This document shows positions 16,609 to 25,187 of a DNA stretch of 64,000 bases, piece after piece; within the stretch, counting starts at the first letter, position 1, and each line of letters begins with the position of its first letter. The stretch covers positions 243,586 through 307,585 of the forward strand of contig CALEDQ010000008.1 in NCBI GenBank assembly GCA_937949615.1, in the 5' to 3' direction. The position numbers and the translations under genes were made by a program. Source of the DNA: an uncultured bacterium (lineage in GTDB: Bacteria; Muiribacteriota; Ozemobacteria; Ozemobacterales; Ozemobacteraceae). The notes below the pieces were generated by a model, which was not told the origin of the DNA, ran no database searches, and was given only the letters and a program-made list of their open reading frames with translations.

Positions 16609-17178
16609 ATGACGACCATGAAAAAAATACCCGTGCCGGTTCTTCTGATTGCCCTGCTGCCGGTGATCACCGCCCTCTGGCTCAGATACAGCGGCAGAAA
16701 CTGGCTTGCCCCTGATGGCAGTCTGCGTCTCTGGTATGGGCTGGCAAACGGCTCCGGCACCTCACAGCACCTTCTCGACCCATACAGTTTCACGCATTTT
16801 CTGCACGGGTTTATTTTCTGCTGGCTGATAATGCTGGTCGGAAAAAGCCTGCCGTATCTCTGGCAGCTGACCCTGACTATCGCTGCCGAATCTGCCTGGG
16901 AAATAACCGAAAACTCAGAAACAATAATCAACCGTTACCGCGAAGCCACCGTCGCACTCGGCTATTTCGGCGACAGTATCATCAACTCGATGTCAGATAT
17001 TCTCTTCTGTGCACTCGGCTTTGTTGTCGCCGCCAGGCTCGGTTTTAAAAAAAGCCTGGCGGTCTTCGTCATCATCGAACTGCTGCTTCTGCTCTGGATC
17101 AGAGACAATCTGACGCTGAACATCATAATGCTCTTAAGACCGGTCGAAGCCATCAAAGCCTGGCAGGGCGCCATCTGA
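16609..17178 (+). CDS. Small integral membrane protein of unknown function (about 4 helices)
   Basis: 'MKKIPVPVLLIALLPVITALWL' plus three further hydrophobic segments. Divergent from the radical SAM operon. Confidence 0.55.
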   Translation: MTTMKKIPVPVLLIALLPVITALWLRYSGRNWLAPDGSLRLWYGLANGSGTSQHLLDPYSFTHFLHGFIFCWLIMLVGKSLPYLWQLTLTIAAESAWEITENSETIINRYREATVALGYFGDSIINSMSDILFCALGFVVAARLGFKKSLAVFVIIELLLLLWIRDNLTLNIIMLLRPVEAIKAWQGAI

Positions 17179-17242
17179 AACAGAGCCCCTGCAGAAAGCC
17201 GATCGCGCAGGCCCGGCAGGGGCGCTTCCGTTAACGCCGCGA

Positions 17243-18418
17243 TTGCTGTATATTTGTTGTGAAAAACCACTCAGGAGATTTCATATCAACAGCTCAATCA
17301 AAACCGGTCTGCTGCTTTTTTCGTTTGTTGCCTCAACCCTGCTGACCCCGGCAGTCTGCACCGCTCAGCGCGCCAGCAATCCAGACTTTCCGCAATATGA
17401 AAGTTCTGGTTATTCAGATTATCCTGAAATGACCGAGCCTGAACCGGGCGCCGATGAATCGACCAGCGTCTACGAATACCTCGATCGTGAAGGCGAATCT
17501 GGCAGTGAAGACTCAGAAAATTATTATGACGAGCCCAATTATGAATCTGCCGGCACCGGCGAATACGACGAAACCACAGATGTCAGCGAAGCTGCTGAGT
17601 CCGCTCCGCCACCGGCACGCCAGCTGCTCAAGCCCGGCGCCCCGATCGATATCGCCGAAAAAACCATTCGCGTCGGGCGTATCCCCTACCTCAGCGTTAA
17701 ACAGCTGATGGCCCAGGCGGTACCGCTGCTGCGCAATCTGCAGAAACGCACCGGCGCCAAAGAAGTCAGGCTGGTTTCGAGCGGCTCATATTCAGATATC
17801 ATCAGCGCCCTGGCCCGCGGAAAAATCGATTTCGCCTGGGTGGGCCCGACCGCCTATCTCAAACACCGCGACAAAGAGAACCTGATGGCGGTTGCCAAAG
17901 CAAAATTCGGCGACGAAACCGCCTACCGCGGCGTCTTTATCGCGCCGGCCAAAGGCAAAGTGCAGGGCCTCGAAGATCTCAGCGGAAACATCGTCGGCTT
18001 CGTCGACCCCGAATCGGCAAGCGGCTACATCTACCCCAACTACCTTCTGAAAACTCTGAAAATCAGACTGAACAAAAAGACCCGCGTCGCCTTTCTCAAA
18101 AACCACGACAATGTTCTGCTGGCGGTTTTAAAAGGCAAAATCGACGCCGGGGCCTGTCTCGAAAAGACCATTACCGCCTCGAAAATCAAAGATCTCGATA
18201 AAAGAATCATCGTTCTCGCAAAGACCGAAGAAATACCCTCTGACGTCATCGTCTGCCGTCAGGACTGCGCAGCGAATCTGCGCGAAAAATTTCAGGAAGC
18301 CCTCACCAGCATCAAACCAGGCGAACTGCCCGGCAGTCCGCTGACCTTTCTTGCCGCCAGCGACGATGAATTTGCACCTGTCGAAGCGGTGATGCGCTAT
18401 CTCAAGCTGCTACCCTGA
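17243..18418 (+). CDS. Phosphonate/phosphite-type ABC transporter substrate-binding protein (PhnD-like) with an acidic Tyr/Glu/Asp-rich N-terminal extension; no cognate ATPase or permease adjacent
   Basis: Signal-like segment 'LLLFSFVASTLLTPAVCTA'. Acidic tract 'YESSGYSDYPEMTEPEPGADESTSVYEYLDREGESGSEDSENYYDEPNYESAGTGEYDETTD'. PhnD-like core 'GRIPYLSVKQLM...DFAWVGPTAYLKH...YRGVFIA...GNIVGFVDPESASGYIYP'. The track start is TTG. Confidence 0.7.
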   Translation: MLYICCEKPLRRFHINSSIKTGLLLFSFVASTLLTPAVCTAQRASNPDFPQYESSGYSDYPEMTEPEPGADESTSVYEYLDREGESGSEDSENYYDEPNYESAGTGEYDETTDVSEAAESAPPPARQLLKPGAPIDIAEKTIRVGRIPYLSVKQLMAQAVPLLRNLQKRTGAKEVRLVSSGSYSDIISALARGKIDFAWVGPTAYLKHRDKENLMAVAKAKFGDETAYRGVFIAPAKGKVQGLEDLSGNIVGFVDPESASGYIYPNYLLKTLKIRLNKKTRVAFLKNHDNVLLAVLKGKIDAGACLEKTITASKIKDLDKRIIVLAKTEEIPSDVIVCRQDCAANLREKFQEALTSIKPGELPGSPLTFLAASDDEFAPVEAVMRYLKLLP

Positions 18419-18447
18419 ACAGAGGCGGCAACAGCTGGATTTTCTGC

Positions 18448-18486
18448 AAACAGCCCTGACAGTTCAGGGCTGTTTTGCTTTTTCGG
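18448..18486. terminator. Bidirectional rho-independent terminator between convergent genes
   Basis: Stem 'aaacagccctga' / 'tcagggctgttt' with loop 'cagt', then 'tgttttgcttttt'. The stop codon of the 18464..19444 gene lies in the right arm. Confidence 0.6.
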
Positions 18487-19444
18487 CCTGCAATAGCAGC
18501 AACCAGAAGGCAAAAAGCCCGATAAGGCCAGTAAAAATGTTGCTGAAAAGTATCCCCGGCATGGTGGCAAAAACCATGGCCACCACCGGCCCGACCGGCC
18601 GCTGATACTTGCGGAATTTAAAAACCATGACAATAAAAAAGATGAACAGGACAAAGCATAAAAGCTCCTGTATGGCAAAAATTCCCCGGAACATACTGTG
18701 ACTCATCATAGCCTGAACACCCATGCTGAGTGTCACGGCCAGATAAATTGTCTGCAGACCGGTCCACAGAGCTGCTCCAGCTGTCACACCGGCCCAGAAA
18801 TTCGTCTGCCAGTTACCGCTGCGCTTCAGAAACAGCACGGCGCCAGCCATCGCAATCAACATTTGCATCACTAAAACCGGCATCTGCCCATATGCGATGG
18901 TGAAGCGTCCCAGTGCCCGCAAAGCCGGGTTCATTCTGTCGAGGCTATAGGGATCGGGGTTGAAACCATCGATGGTTTTCTGCCAGAGTTTCTCATCGAT
19001 GCCGGACTTCTGGCACTTATCAATAAAATAAGCCCGCACCGATTCAGCTGTTACTTTGTCCTCATCGTCTTCAATAAAACCATGCTTCACACAATAGATG
19101 TCATATTTATGACTATCCTGGTGCGCAGCGCCAGCTAAAGCCCACGGCACGACAGCATACCTGCACCCGGGCAAAAGAAGCTTATGAGATTCAATGTCCT
19201 TGATCAGTGCCTGCTCAATCAGTGCCTCGAGCGGAATCTCGCCAGTCGACGGGTCAGCGCGCAGCTCTGGCGGGGGAAAACCGCTACCGCCACTTTTAAG
19301 AGCGTCCGTATATTTGGTCAATTCCTCTAGAATTTCCTGACAGCGCCGATATTCGGTCTTTGCACGCCTGGAAGCTTCTGCTGTCAGAGGAAGAAGAATC
19401 ACAATAAAACACAATAAAACCGTAAAAAGCTTTGACCTGTTCAT
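18464..19444 (-). CDS. Hypothetical membrane protein with N-terminal signal peptide and C-terminal transmembrane helices
   Basis: 'MNRSKLFTVLLCFIVILLPLTAEA'. C-terminal hydrophobic helices. Last gene of the GGDEF-TAXI-ankyrin operon. Confidence 0.55.
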   Translation of the reverse strand: MNRSKLFTVLLCFIVILLPLTAEASRRAKTEYRRCQEILEELTKYTDALKSGGSGFPPPELRADPSTGEIPLEALIEQALIKDIESHKLLLPGCRYAVVPWALAGAAHQDSHKYDIYCVKHGFIEDDEDKVTAESVRAYFIDKCQKSGIDEKLWQKTIDGFNPDPYSLDRMNPALRALGRFTIAYGQMPVLVMQMLIAMAGAVLFLKRSGNWQTNFWAGVTAGAALWTGLQTIYLAVTLSMGVQAMMSHSMFRGIFAIQELLCFVLFIFFIVMVFKFRKYQRPVGPVVAMVFATMPGILFSNIFTGLIGLFAFWLLLLQAEKAKQP

Positions 19445-19453
19445 TTTATCAAC

Positions 19454-20872
19454 TCATCTCTCTGTTTTTTCAGCAACAGAATTTTCGATTATCTTCAAAA
19501 GACGCAGGTAACGCATCTTTTCAGCAAAACTGCGCGGTGAATCGCCGGTTTTGTCTTTTATATCAGGATCGGCATGCCATTTCATAAGAGTTTCAACCAG
19601 CTCTGGCTCATTGAGTTCGACTGCGTAACGCAGAGGTGTCTTCCCATCGTTGTCTGGCTGATTGATTACCAGGGGAATAAATTCGGCATAATTATAATAA
19701 CGCGCCGAACTTTCGCTGACAAAACTACCCAGCATCAGATGAAGAAAGCTTTTGCCATTTTTATCAACAGCCGTGCATTCAATGCCGTTGGACTGCAGAA
19801 TTTTAAACACAGCCGGATCACGGGTAAACAAAGACAGATAAAACAGGTTTTCACCATTGTTTACAGGGACTCTGGCGCCAAGTTTGATTAGTTCCTGTAT
19901 CAGTTCGGAGACCGGCTCGAATCTGCTGCTCAATGCCGCGGCAATCAAAGATGTTCCATCTGCCTTGACCGGCTGGTTGAGATCGGCGCCGTAACTTGCC
20001 AGCATGTGCACATAAGGAAGTGATTTTTTGCCGTTACTGTGCAACCCGACAGCCAGGCCAAGCGCTGTTTGATCAGGGGTCTCAGACAGCCAGAGATTCG
20101 GGTCGGCCCCGGCTTTAAGAAGCATTTCGGTGATCTGCGGGCTGCCATAGCCTCGAATTGCCCACCACAGGGGGCGATAGCGGTAATTTCCTGCAGGTTT
20201 GTTCAGATCTGGCTTCTGCGTCAACAGCCATTCTACCAGAGCGTCCTGATGCTCATCGACGGCCCGGCACAGGGCAGTTTCGAGCGGATTTTCAGTAATT
20301 TCTCCTCTTATACCTTCAAGCAGAGGTGCAAAGCGGTCGGTTCTGCCATTTTTTGCAGCCCTGATAAGCGCATCCATGTAACTTCCGGCAATGAACGGCA
20401 ACGAGGCGGTCAATAATATGCCGACAAAAATTGTCAAAAATGCGGTTCGACCGGGGCTTAACTCCGTACCCTCTGCAGAAGAGGGTTTTGCCACAATTCT
20501 GTTGGCCCAGTATAAGAACCAGAGCCCGAACAGCAGCCAGTATGGCCCAAGAAAAGGCAGGTTTCCGACATAATCTCTTATCAATCCCGGGGTAATTCTG
20601 AGGACCAAAAGTGAGAGAACCATAACGAAAACCCAGAGAACATAAGCAGCCGGCAACCATTCTGCCTGTTGCTGTTTTGCCTTTTCAAGATTGAGAACGG
20701 CAACCGGAAGCCAGAACAATGCCAGCAGCACCCCGGTCAGGCGAACCCAGAAAAAAGAGATCTGGGCAAATTCGAGACAGGCAAACAGCGCGATTATTAT
20801 ACCGACGACCCGGGCCTGAAAAGGGAATCGCCAGCTTATTACCGGCACAGTTTCATCTGCATGATCATTCAT
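19454..20872 (-). CDS. Membrane-anchored ankyrin-repeat protein
   Basis: N-terminal hydrophobic helices (about 170 aa), then repeated ankyrin-like units: 'TALCRAVDEHQDALVEWLL', 'LWWAIRGYGSPQITEMLLKAGADPN', 'TALGLAVGL...', 'TPLRYAVELNEPELVETLMKWHADPD'. Its start overlaps the TAXI gene stop by 8 nt. Confidence 0.8.
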   Translation of the reverse strand: MNDHADETVPVISWRFPFQARVVGIIIALFACLEFAQISFFWVRLTGVLLALFWLPVAVLNLEKAKQQQAEWLPAAYVLWVFVMVLSLLVLRITPGLIRDYVGNLPFLGPYWLLFGLWFLYWANRIVAKPSSAEGTELSPGRTAFLTIFVGILLTASLPFIAGSYMDALIRAAKNGRTDRFAPLLEGIRGEITENPLETALCRAVDEHQDALVEWLLTQKPDLNKPAGNYRYRPLWWAIRGYGSPQITEMLLKAGADPNLWLSETPDQTALGLAVGLHSNGKKSLPYVHMLASYGADLNQPVKADGTSLIAAALSSRFEPVSELIQELIKLGARVPVNNGENLFYLSLFTRDPAVFKILQSNGIECTAVDKNGKSFLHLMLGSFVSESSARYYNYAEFIPLVINQPDNDGKTPLRYAVELNEPELVETLMKWHADPDIKDKTGDSPRSFAEKMRYLRLLKIIENSVAEKTER

Positions 20873-21866
20873 CTGTCTTTTTACCTGCCTTCAATCCTGA
20901 TTCTCTTATGAAACGGGCAGTGCCGGCATGTAGAAAACCTTCCGGAATGCCATTCAACATCGTTTCAGGTTTGATATCATGCGCCCGCTCGTGTATGGTC
21001 TTCAAATAGTCGAGCTCTGCGAACAACGTGCCGACGAGACGGTTGCCAAGCTCCTCTGAAAGCCTGGTAGTGGTAACGAGCATCGCCATCAACGCTGGAA
21101 CTTTGACTTCCTCGTTGACACCACCATAAGTCAGCGCCGGAATCTTAACACCGGAAAGATACGGCAGAGTTTCCGAAATGCTTGCCAGATCAGCATCTGA
21201 AAAATTCATGATGCGCACCGGCATGCGTCTGGCCAGCTCGTCAACCATCTTTGTCGGAATACCCGCAATGATGATCGCGGCATCACATTCGCCGCGTTCC
21301 ATGGCCTGTATCGATTCGTCGTAACCCAGATAAAGCGGTTGGTAATGCCCCTCTCTGACCCCAAGTGCTGACAACAGTTCGACCGAAGTCATCGCATTAC
21401 CGCTGCCACGGGCCCCGACCACAATACGTCTGCCACGCAACTGGCTGACGCTGGTAATCGTGGCCGAAGCCGGGGTCAGCACCTGCACGACTTCAGGGTA
21501 GAGAGCCAGCAGCACCCGTAGTTCGTTTACGGGCGCACCCGTGAACTGTCCGGTGCCGTTGATTGCGGCAAGAACCATATCGCTCTGGGCAATCGCCAGG
21601 TCGAGCTCGAGGTTCTGCAACAGATTGATGTTGTCGAGCGAGCCACGTGTCGAATGTGCCTGCACGCTCAGCTTTTCTGACCGCGTTGTCCAGGCATTCG
21701 CAAAGGCGTTACCAAGCGGAAAATAGGTGCCGGTCATCGAACCGGTGCCAAGAGCGAGAAAGTCGACGAGTCTGCTGACCTGCACCGTGGCATTTTCAGC
21801 GGCGGTGGCGCAGCAGATACTGATCAGAATAAAAAAGACTGCAACGATGATGTTTCTGCTTTTCAT
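20865..21866 (-). CDS. TAXI-family TRAP-type periplasmic solute receptor; no TRAP membrane subunits adjacent
   Basis: Signal peptide 'MKSRNIIVAVFFILISICCATAA'. TAXI-like core 'TGTYFPLGNAFANAW...LSVQAHSTRGSLDNINLL...RRIVVGARGSGN'. Its start overlaps the GGDEF gene stop by 4 nt. Confidence 0.75.
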   Translation of the reverse strand: MKSRNIIVAVFFILISICCATAAENATVQVSRLVDFLALGTGSMTGTYFPLGNAFANAWTTRSEKLSVQAHSTRGSLDNINLLQNLELDLAIAQSDMVLAAINGTGQFTGAPVNELRVLLALYPEVVQVLTPASATITSVSQLRGRRIVVGARGSGNAMTSVELLSALGVREGHYQPLYLGYDESIQAMERGECDAAIIIAGIPTKMVDELARRMPVRIMNFSDADLASISETLPYLSGVKIPALTYGGVNEEVKVPALMAMLVTTTRLSEELGNRLVGTLFAELDYLKTIHERAHDIKPETMLNGIPEGFLHAGTARFIRESGLKAGKKTDE

Positions 21867-24058
21867 TTTTCTGATACCACTCCCATCTGCTCTGAATAAA
21901 TCGATGACTGGTTGCGCCCCTTTTTCTTACATTCATAAAGGGCTGTATCGGCCTTGCGAATCAGCTCGAGCGCTTCGGTCGCGTGCAACGGGTATTCAGC
22001 GAGACCGATACTGATCGTGACCTTCAGCGGGCTGGTATGGCCGGTAAATTCGTGCGACTCGATTGCCTGCCGCAGGCGTTCGGCAACTACCAGACCGCCT
22101 CTGGCATCGGTTTCGGGCAGCAGAGCGATCATTTCTTCGCCGCCATAGCGGGCCGCCATGTCGATATCTTCGCGCAGATTGCCACGAAAGATTGCTGCAA
22201 CCTGTTTGAGCACTTCATCGCCGATCTGGTGCCCATAAGTATCGTTGAATTTTTTGAAATGGTCGATATCGAAGAACAGAATCGAAAATATCTTGCCGTA
22301 ACGGCGGGCACGCTTGATTTCTTCGTTCAGGCGGTTTTTGAAATGCCTTACCAGATTGAGTCCGGTCAATCCATCAGTGATCGCCAGCTTGAAAAGCTTG
22401 GTATTATCGAGCACCAGAGCCGCCTGATTCGCCATTGTCTGCAGCAGGTCGGTATCGGCACGACTGAAGCCCTGCCCATCCTTGCGGTTGACAATGTTGA
22501 TAACGCCAAAGGTCACGTTCTTAACCTTCAGTGGCACACACACAAGCTGATTCACACGGTTTTTCTCATTGGCATACTGCTTAAAATCCTGATGCGAATC
22601 GGGGTCGTTGATGGTCGCCATTTCGCCGCTCTGCAGCACTTTGCCGGCAATCCCTTCACCGACTCTGATATTGATATTGCGGGCAAAATCATGCACCGCA
22701 ACCGTCTGGCCGGCTTCGGCATCCCAGATGCGCACACGCTGCAATTCGAGAACTTCCTGATTTTCATCGATCAGCATCAATGAGCCACGGGTGGCGCAGG
22801 CAGCCTCGATAGCCTTGTCGATAATTACATCGAGCAGCTTTTCGAGATCGAGCCCGACTTCGACCATGGTGCGGCCAATCTTGTAAAGAACCCCGACTTC
22901 GAAAACCTTGCGATCGAGCTCGATATTCTTCTGTTCGATCGTGTCAGAGCGCAGTTTCAGTTCTTCGTAGGCAGCTTTCAGTTCGCGCATCTTATCTGCC
23001 AGGCTGTCGGCCATGAAGTTAAAATTGTTCGCCAGCTGCCCGACCTCATCGGTGTTGTTAACACTGATGCGCACATCATAACGGCCGGCGGCCAGTTCAT
23101 TTGTGCCTCTCGTAACCTGCAGAATCGGCAATGCAATGTTCTGCGAAATCATCAGCGCAATCACTACCGCGACCAGAATCGTGAAAAGAAGAATCCAGTA
23201 AAGATTACGCTGAAAAGCTTCGACCAGGGCATAGACTTCCTGCTGATCCTGCAGCAGTATCACTCGCCAGCCCAGCCCAACCACCGGCAGCATCGAGGCA
23301 AGAACCGGCTTTTTCAGACTTTCTGCAGTGGCAGAAAAAACACCGTTCGAAAAACTTCTGATCTGCTCGCCAAACAGATGCAAATCATTGTCATCAGAAG
23401 CCTCAGGCACCGACATGACCGGAGCACCACCGGCATCGATGAGAAAAGCCCGGGTACTGTTACCCACAAGATTTTCGCTGATGATACTGGTCAGCAGAAA
23501 ACGGTTCAGCTCGATCACCAGCAGGCCATAGGTGTCATTGCTGCGATCACTGAGAGCCATAACAAGCGCTGGACCGCCGCCGATTTTAGAATCGAGCAGA
23601 ACGTATTCACGACTTTTCGTTTCTGCCAGAATTCTCTCTGCATGAGGCAGCTCGCCGGCAATCGAAGCGACGGAACCACACAGCAGCCTGCCTGCAGAAT
23701 CGTAAACCCCGATCCTTTCTATGGCAAAGTAACGCCGGTCGTGCTCCTGCGCCAGTATCGCGAGCTTTGCAAGATCACGGTCAAGTGCCGGCTCACTGTT
23801 AACGAGCAGTTGCGCAATTTCCTGCTGATGGCTGACGAACCGCTTCAGATCGATCGCCGTTTTTCGTGCATGCGCCAGCGAATTGCTGACAATTACATTG
23901 AGAAGGCCATTTGAAGCATTCTGCAGCATCACATAGCTGATATAAATCAACGGCGTCAGTGTGATGATGAGAAAGCTCACGACAAGTTTGGTTTTGATAC
24001 TGTTTAAATAGGCGTGTACCCTGTTTATCAGGTTTTTCTCGCCATTCTGGTCCGGCAT
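21863..24058 (-). CDS. Sensor diguanylate cyclase: transmembrane / periplasmic sensor / HAMP / GAF / GGDEF, with a variant 'GGEEM' active-site motif
   Basis: Transmembrane helix 'LVVSFLIITLTPLIYISYVM'. HAMP 'ALPILQVTRGTNELAAGRYDVRISVNNTDEVGQLANNFNFMADSL'. GAF-like 'GSLMLIDENQEV...GEGIAGKVLQSGE'. GGDEF domain 'DGLTGLNLVRHF...ILFFDIDHFKKFNDTYGHQIGDEVL...ARYGGEEMIALLPETD'. Confidence 0.85.
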   Translation of the reverse strand: MPDQNGEKNLINRVHAYLNSIKTKLVVSFLIITLTPLIYISYVMLQNASNGLLNVIVSNSLAHARKTAIDLKRFVSHQQEIAQLLVNSEPALDRDLAKLAILAQEHDRRYFAIERIGVYDSAGRLLCGSVASIAGELPHAERILAETKSREYVLLDSKIGGGPALVMALSDRSNDTYGLLVIELNRFLLTSIISENLVGNSTRAFLIDAGGAPVMSVPEASDDNDLHLFGEQIRSFSNGVFSATAESLKKPVLASMLPVVGLGWRVILLQDQQEVYALVEAFQRNLYWILLFTILVAVVIALMISQNIALPILQVTRGTNELAAGRYDVRISVNNTDEVGQLANNFNFMADSLADKMRELKAAYEELKLRSDTIEQKNIELDRKVFEVGVLYKIGRTMVEVGLDLEKLLDVIIDKAIEAACATRGSLMLIDENQEVLELQRVRIWDAEAGQTVAVHDFARNINIRVGEGIAGKVLQSGEMATINDPDSHQDFKQYANEKNRVNQLVCVPLKVKNVTFGVINIVNRKDGQGFSRADTDLLQTMANQAALVLDNTKLFKLAITDGLTGLNLVRHFKNRLNEEIKRARRYGKIFSILFFDIDHFKKFNDTYGHQIGDEVLKQVAAIFRGNLREDIDMAARYGGEEMIALLPETDARGGLVVAERLRQAIESHEFTGHTSPLKVTISIGLAEYPLHATEALELIRKADTALYECKKKGRNQSSIYSEQMGVVSEK

Positions 24059-24183
24059 ATGGTTTTGTTCCTGACTTGCGACTTTGCAAAAATTTTTATC
24101 TGATTCAGGCAGTCTACATCAAGCCCTGAAACCATGCAACGCACAATCAGGGGAGCCGACGATAAAATGCACTCAGAGCGTCA

Positions 24184-24609
24184 TCAAACCATAGATTCAC
24201 GCAGCAGACGGATACCGATTTCGGTAAGCTCAACCATCTTCAGATCAGGAAGTGGCTCAAGTCGATGCCAGTCACAGCGATCAGTCGAGCCAGAAAGTTC
24301 GTGCCGCAGCTCTCCACCTATTATGTCGGCATGATAAATAATTCTGATCCCCTGAAAGTCTTCGTAGTCACGTTTAACCACAATCGAATCTATACCGGCA
24401 ACATTTTTCACCTTGATTTTCAAGCCCGTCTCTTCTTCGACCTCTCGAACTACAGCTTCTTCAGGGCTTTCGCCAAATTCAAGCCCGCCACCCGGAAGGG
24501 TCCAGCAGCCTTCCCATTCCGGCAGTTCCTTCGACAAACGGCAGAGCAGAACCCGCCCGTTGTCATGCAAAAGAGCATAAGCAGCGATTCTCAGCCTTTG
24601 CACCTTCAT
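24184..24609 (-). CDS. NUDIX hydrolase
   Basis: Nudix box 'GGGLEFGESPEEAVVREVEEETGL'. 141 aa. Confidence 0.85.
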   Translation of the reverse strand: MKVQRLRIAAYALLHDNGRVLLCRLSKELPEWEGCWTLPGGGLEFGESPEEAVVREVEEETGLKIKVKNVAGIDSIVVKRDYEDFQGIRIIYHADIIGGELRHELSGSTDRCDWHRLEPLPDLKMVELTEIGIRLLRESMV

Positions 24610-24763
24610 CCGGCCCTCCCTCTTTCTGTAACCCTGACAGTGTGTAGAGAAATATCACAGCGCAATTCAGAGCATATTGTCAGCATGATAACAGCCTGCA
24701 GCCATTGTAACAACAACGACTGAAAAAAACCTCACCGATTCATCAGCGGTTGCCACAGCAGAT

Positions 24764-25075
24764 ATGACTGCGACTATCCACCCTGCCGGCCTGCTGATGC
24801 CGGTTCTTGCCGGTGCAGTCACCCTGTTTTTCTGGCGCCTTATCGCAATCTTTCTAAGGCGCCGGTCTGCCATAAAATCAAGACGAACCGAATACCTGCA
24901 GCAACACCCGGAACCCCTTAAGGAAATACGCGACTGCATCATGCAGGGAAAATATGATGCGCGGATGGCTCCGGCAGAGCTCGAGCTGGTGGCGGGCATG
25001 AACATATTTTCAGATATAAAAAATCGAACCCTGATCTTCTTCATCGGCGATCTTCGTCGACAGCAGAAAAAATAA
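24764..25075 (+). CDS. Possible small membrane protein (hypothetical)
   Basis: One hydrophobic helix 'LLMPVLAGAVTLFFWRLIAIFL' then a basic segment. No homology-level evidence. A competing antisense ORF (24667..25086) is Cys/Arg-rich and looks spurious. Confidence 0.3.
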   Translation: MTATIHPAGLLMPVLAGAVTLFFWRLIAIFLRRRSAIKSRRTEYLQQHPEPLKEIRDCIMQGKYDARMAPAELELVAGMNIFSDIKNRTLIFFIGDLRRQQKK

Positions 25076-25187
25076 AACTTTCCCAACCAAGAAGAATTGC
25101 ACGACAGATTTTGATTGAACGGTTGGACAGGTCCTGCTAAAATATAAAAAAATAATATTCTGAAAGATCAGCACAGGATCAAGGACG

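Noticed and set aside
21983-23914. Plus-strand ORFs 21983..22783 (266 aa) and 23378..23914 (178 aa)
   Set aside because: Antisense to the HAMP-GAF-GGDEF gene. No ribosome-binding site and no domain signatures.
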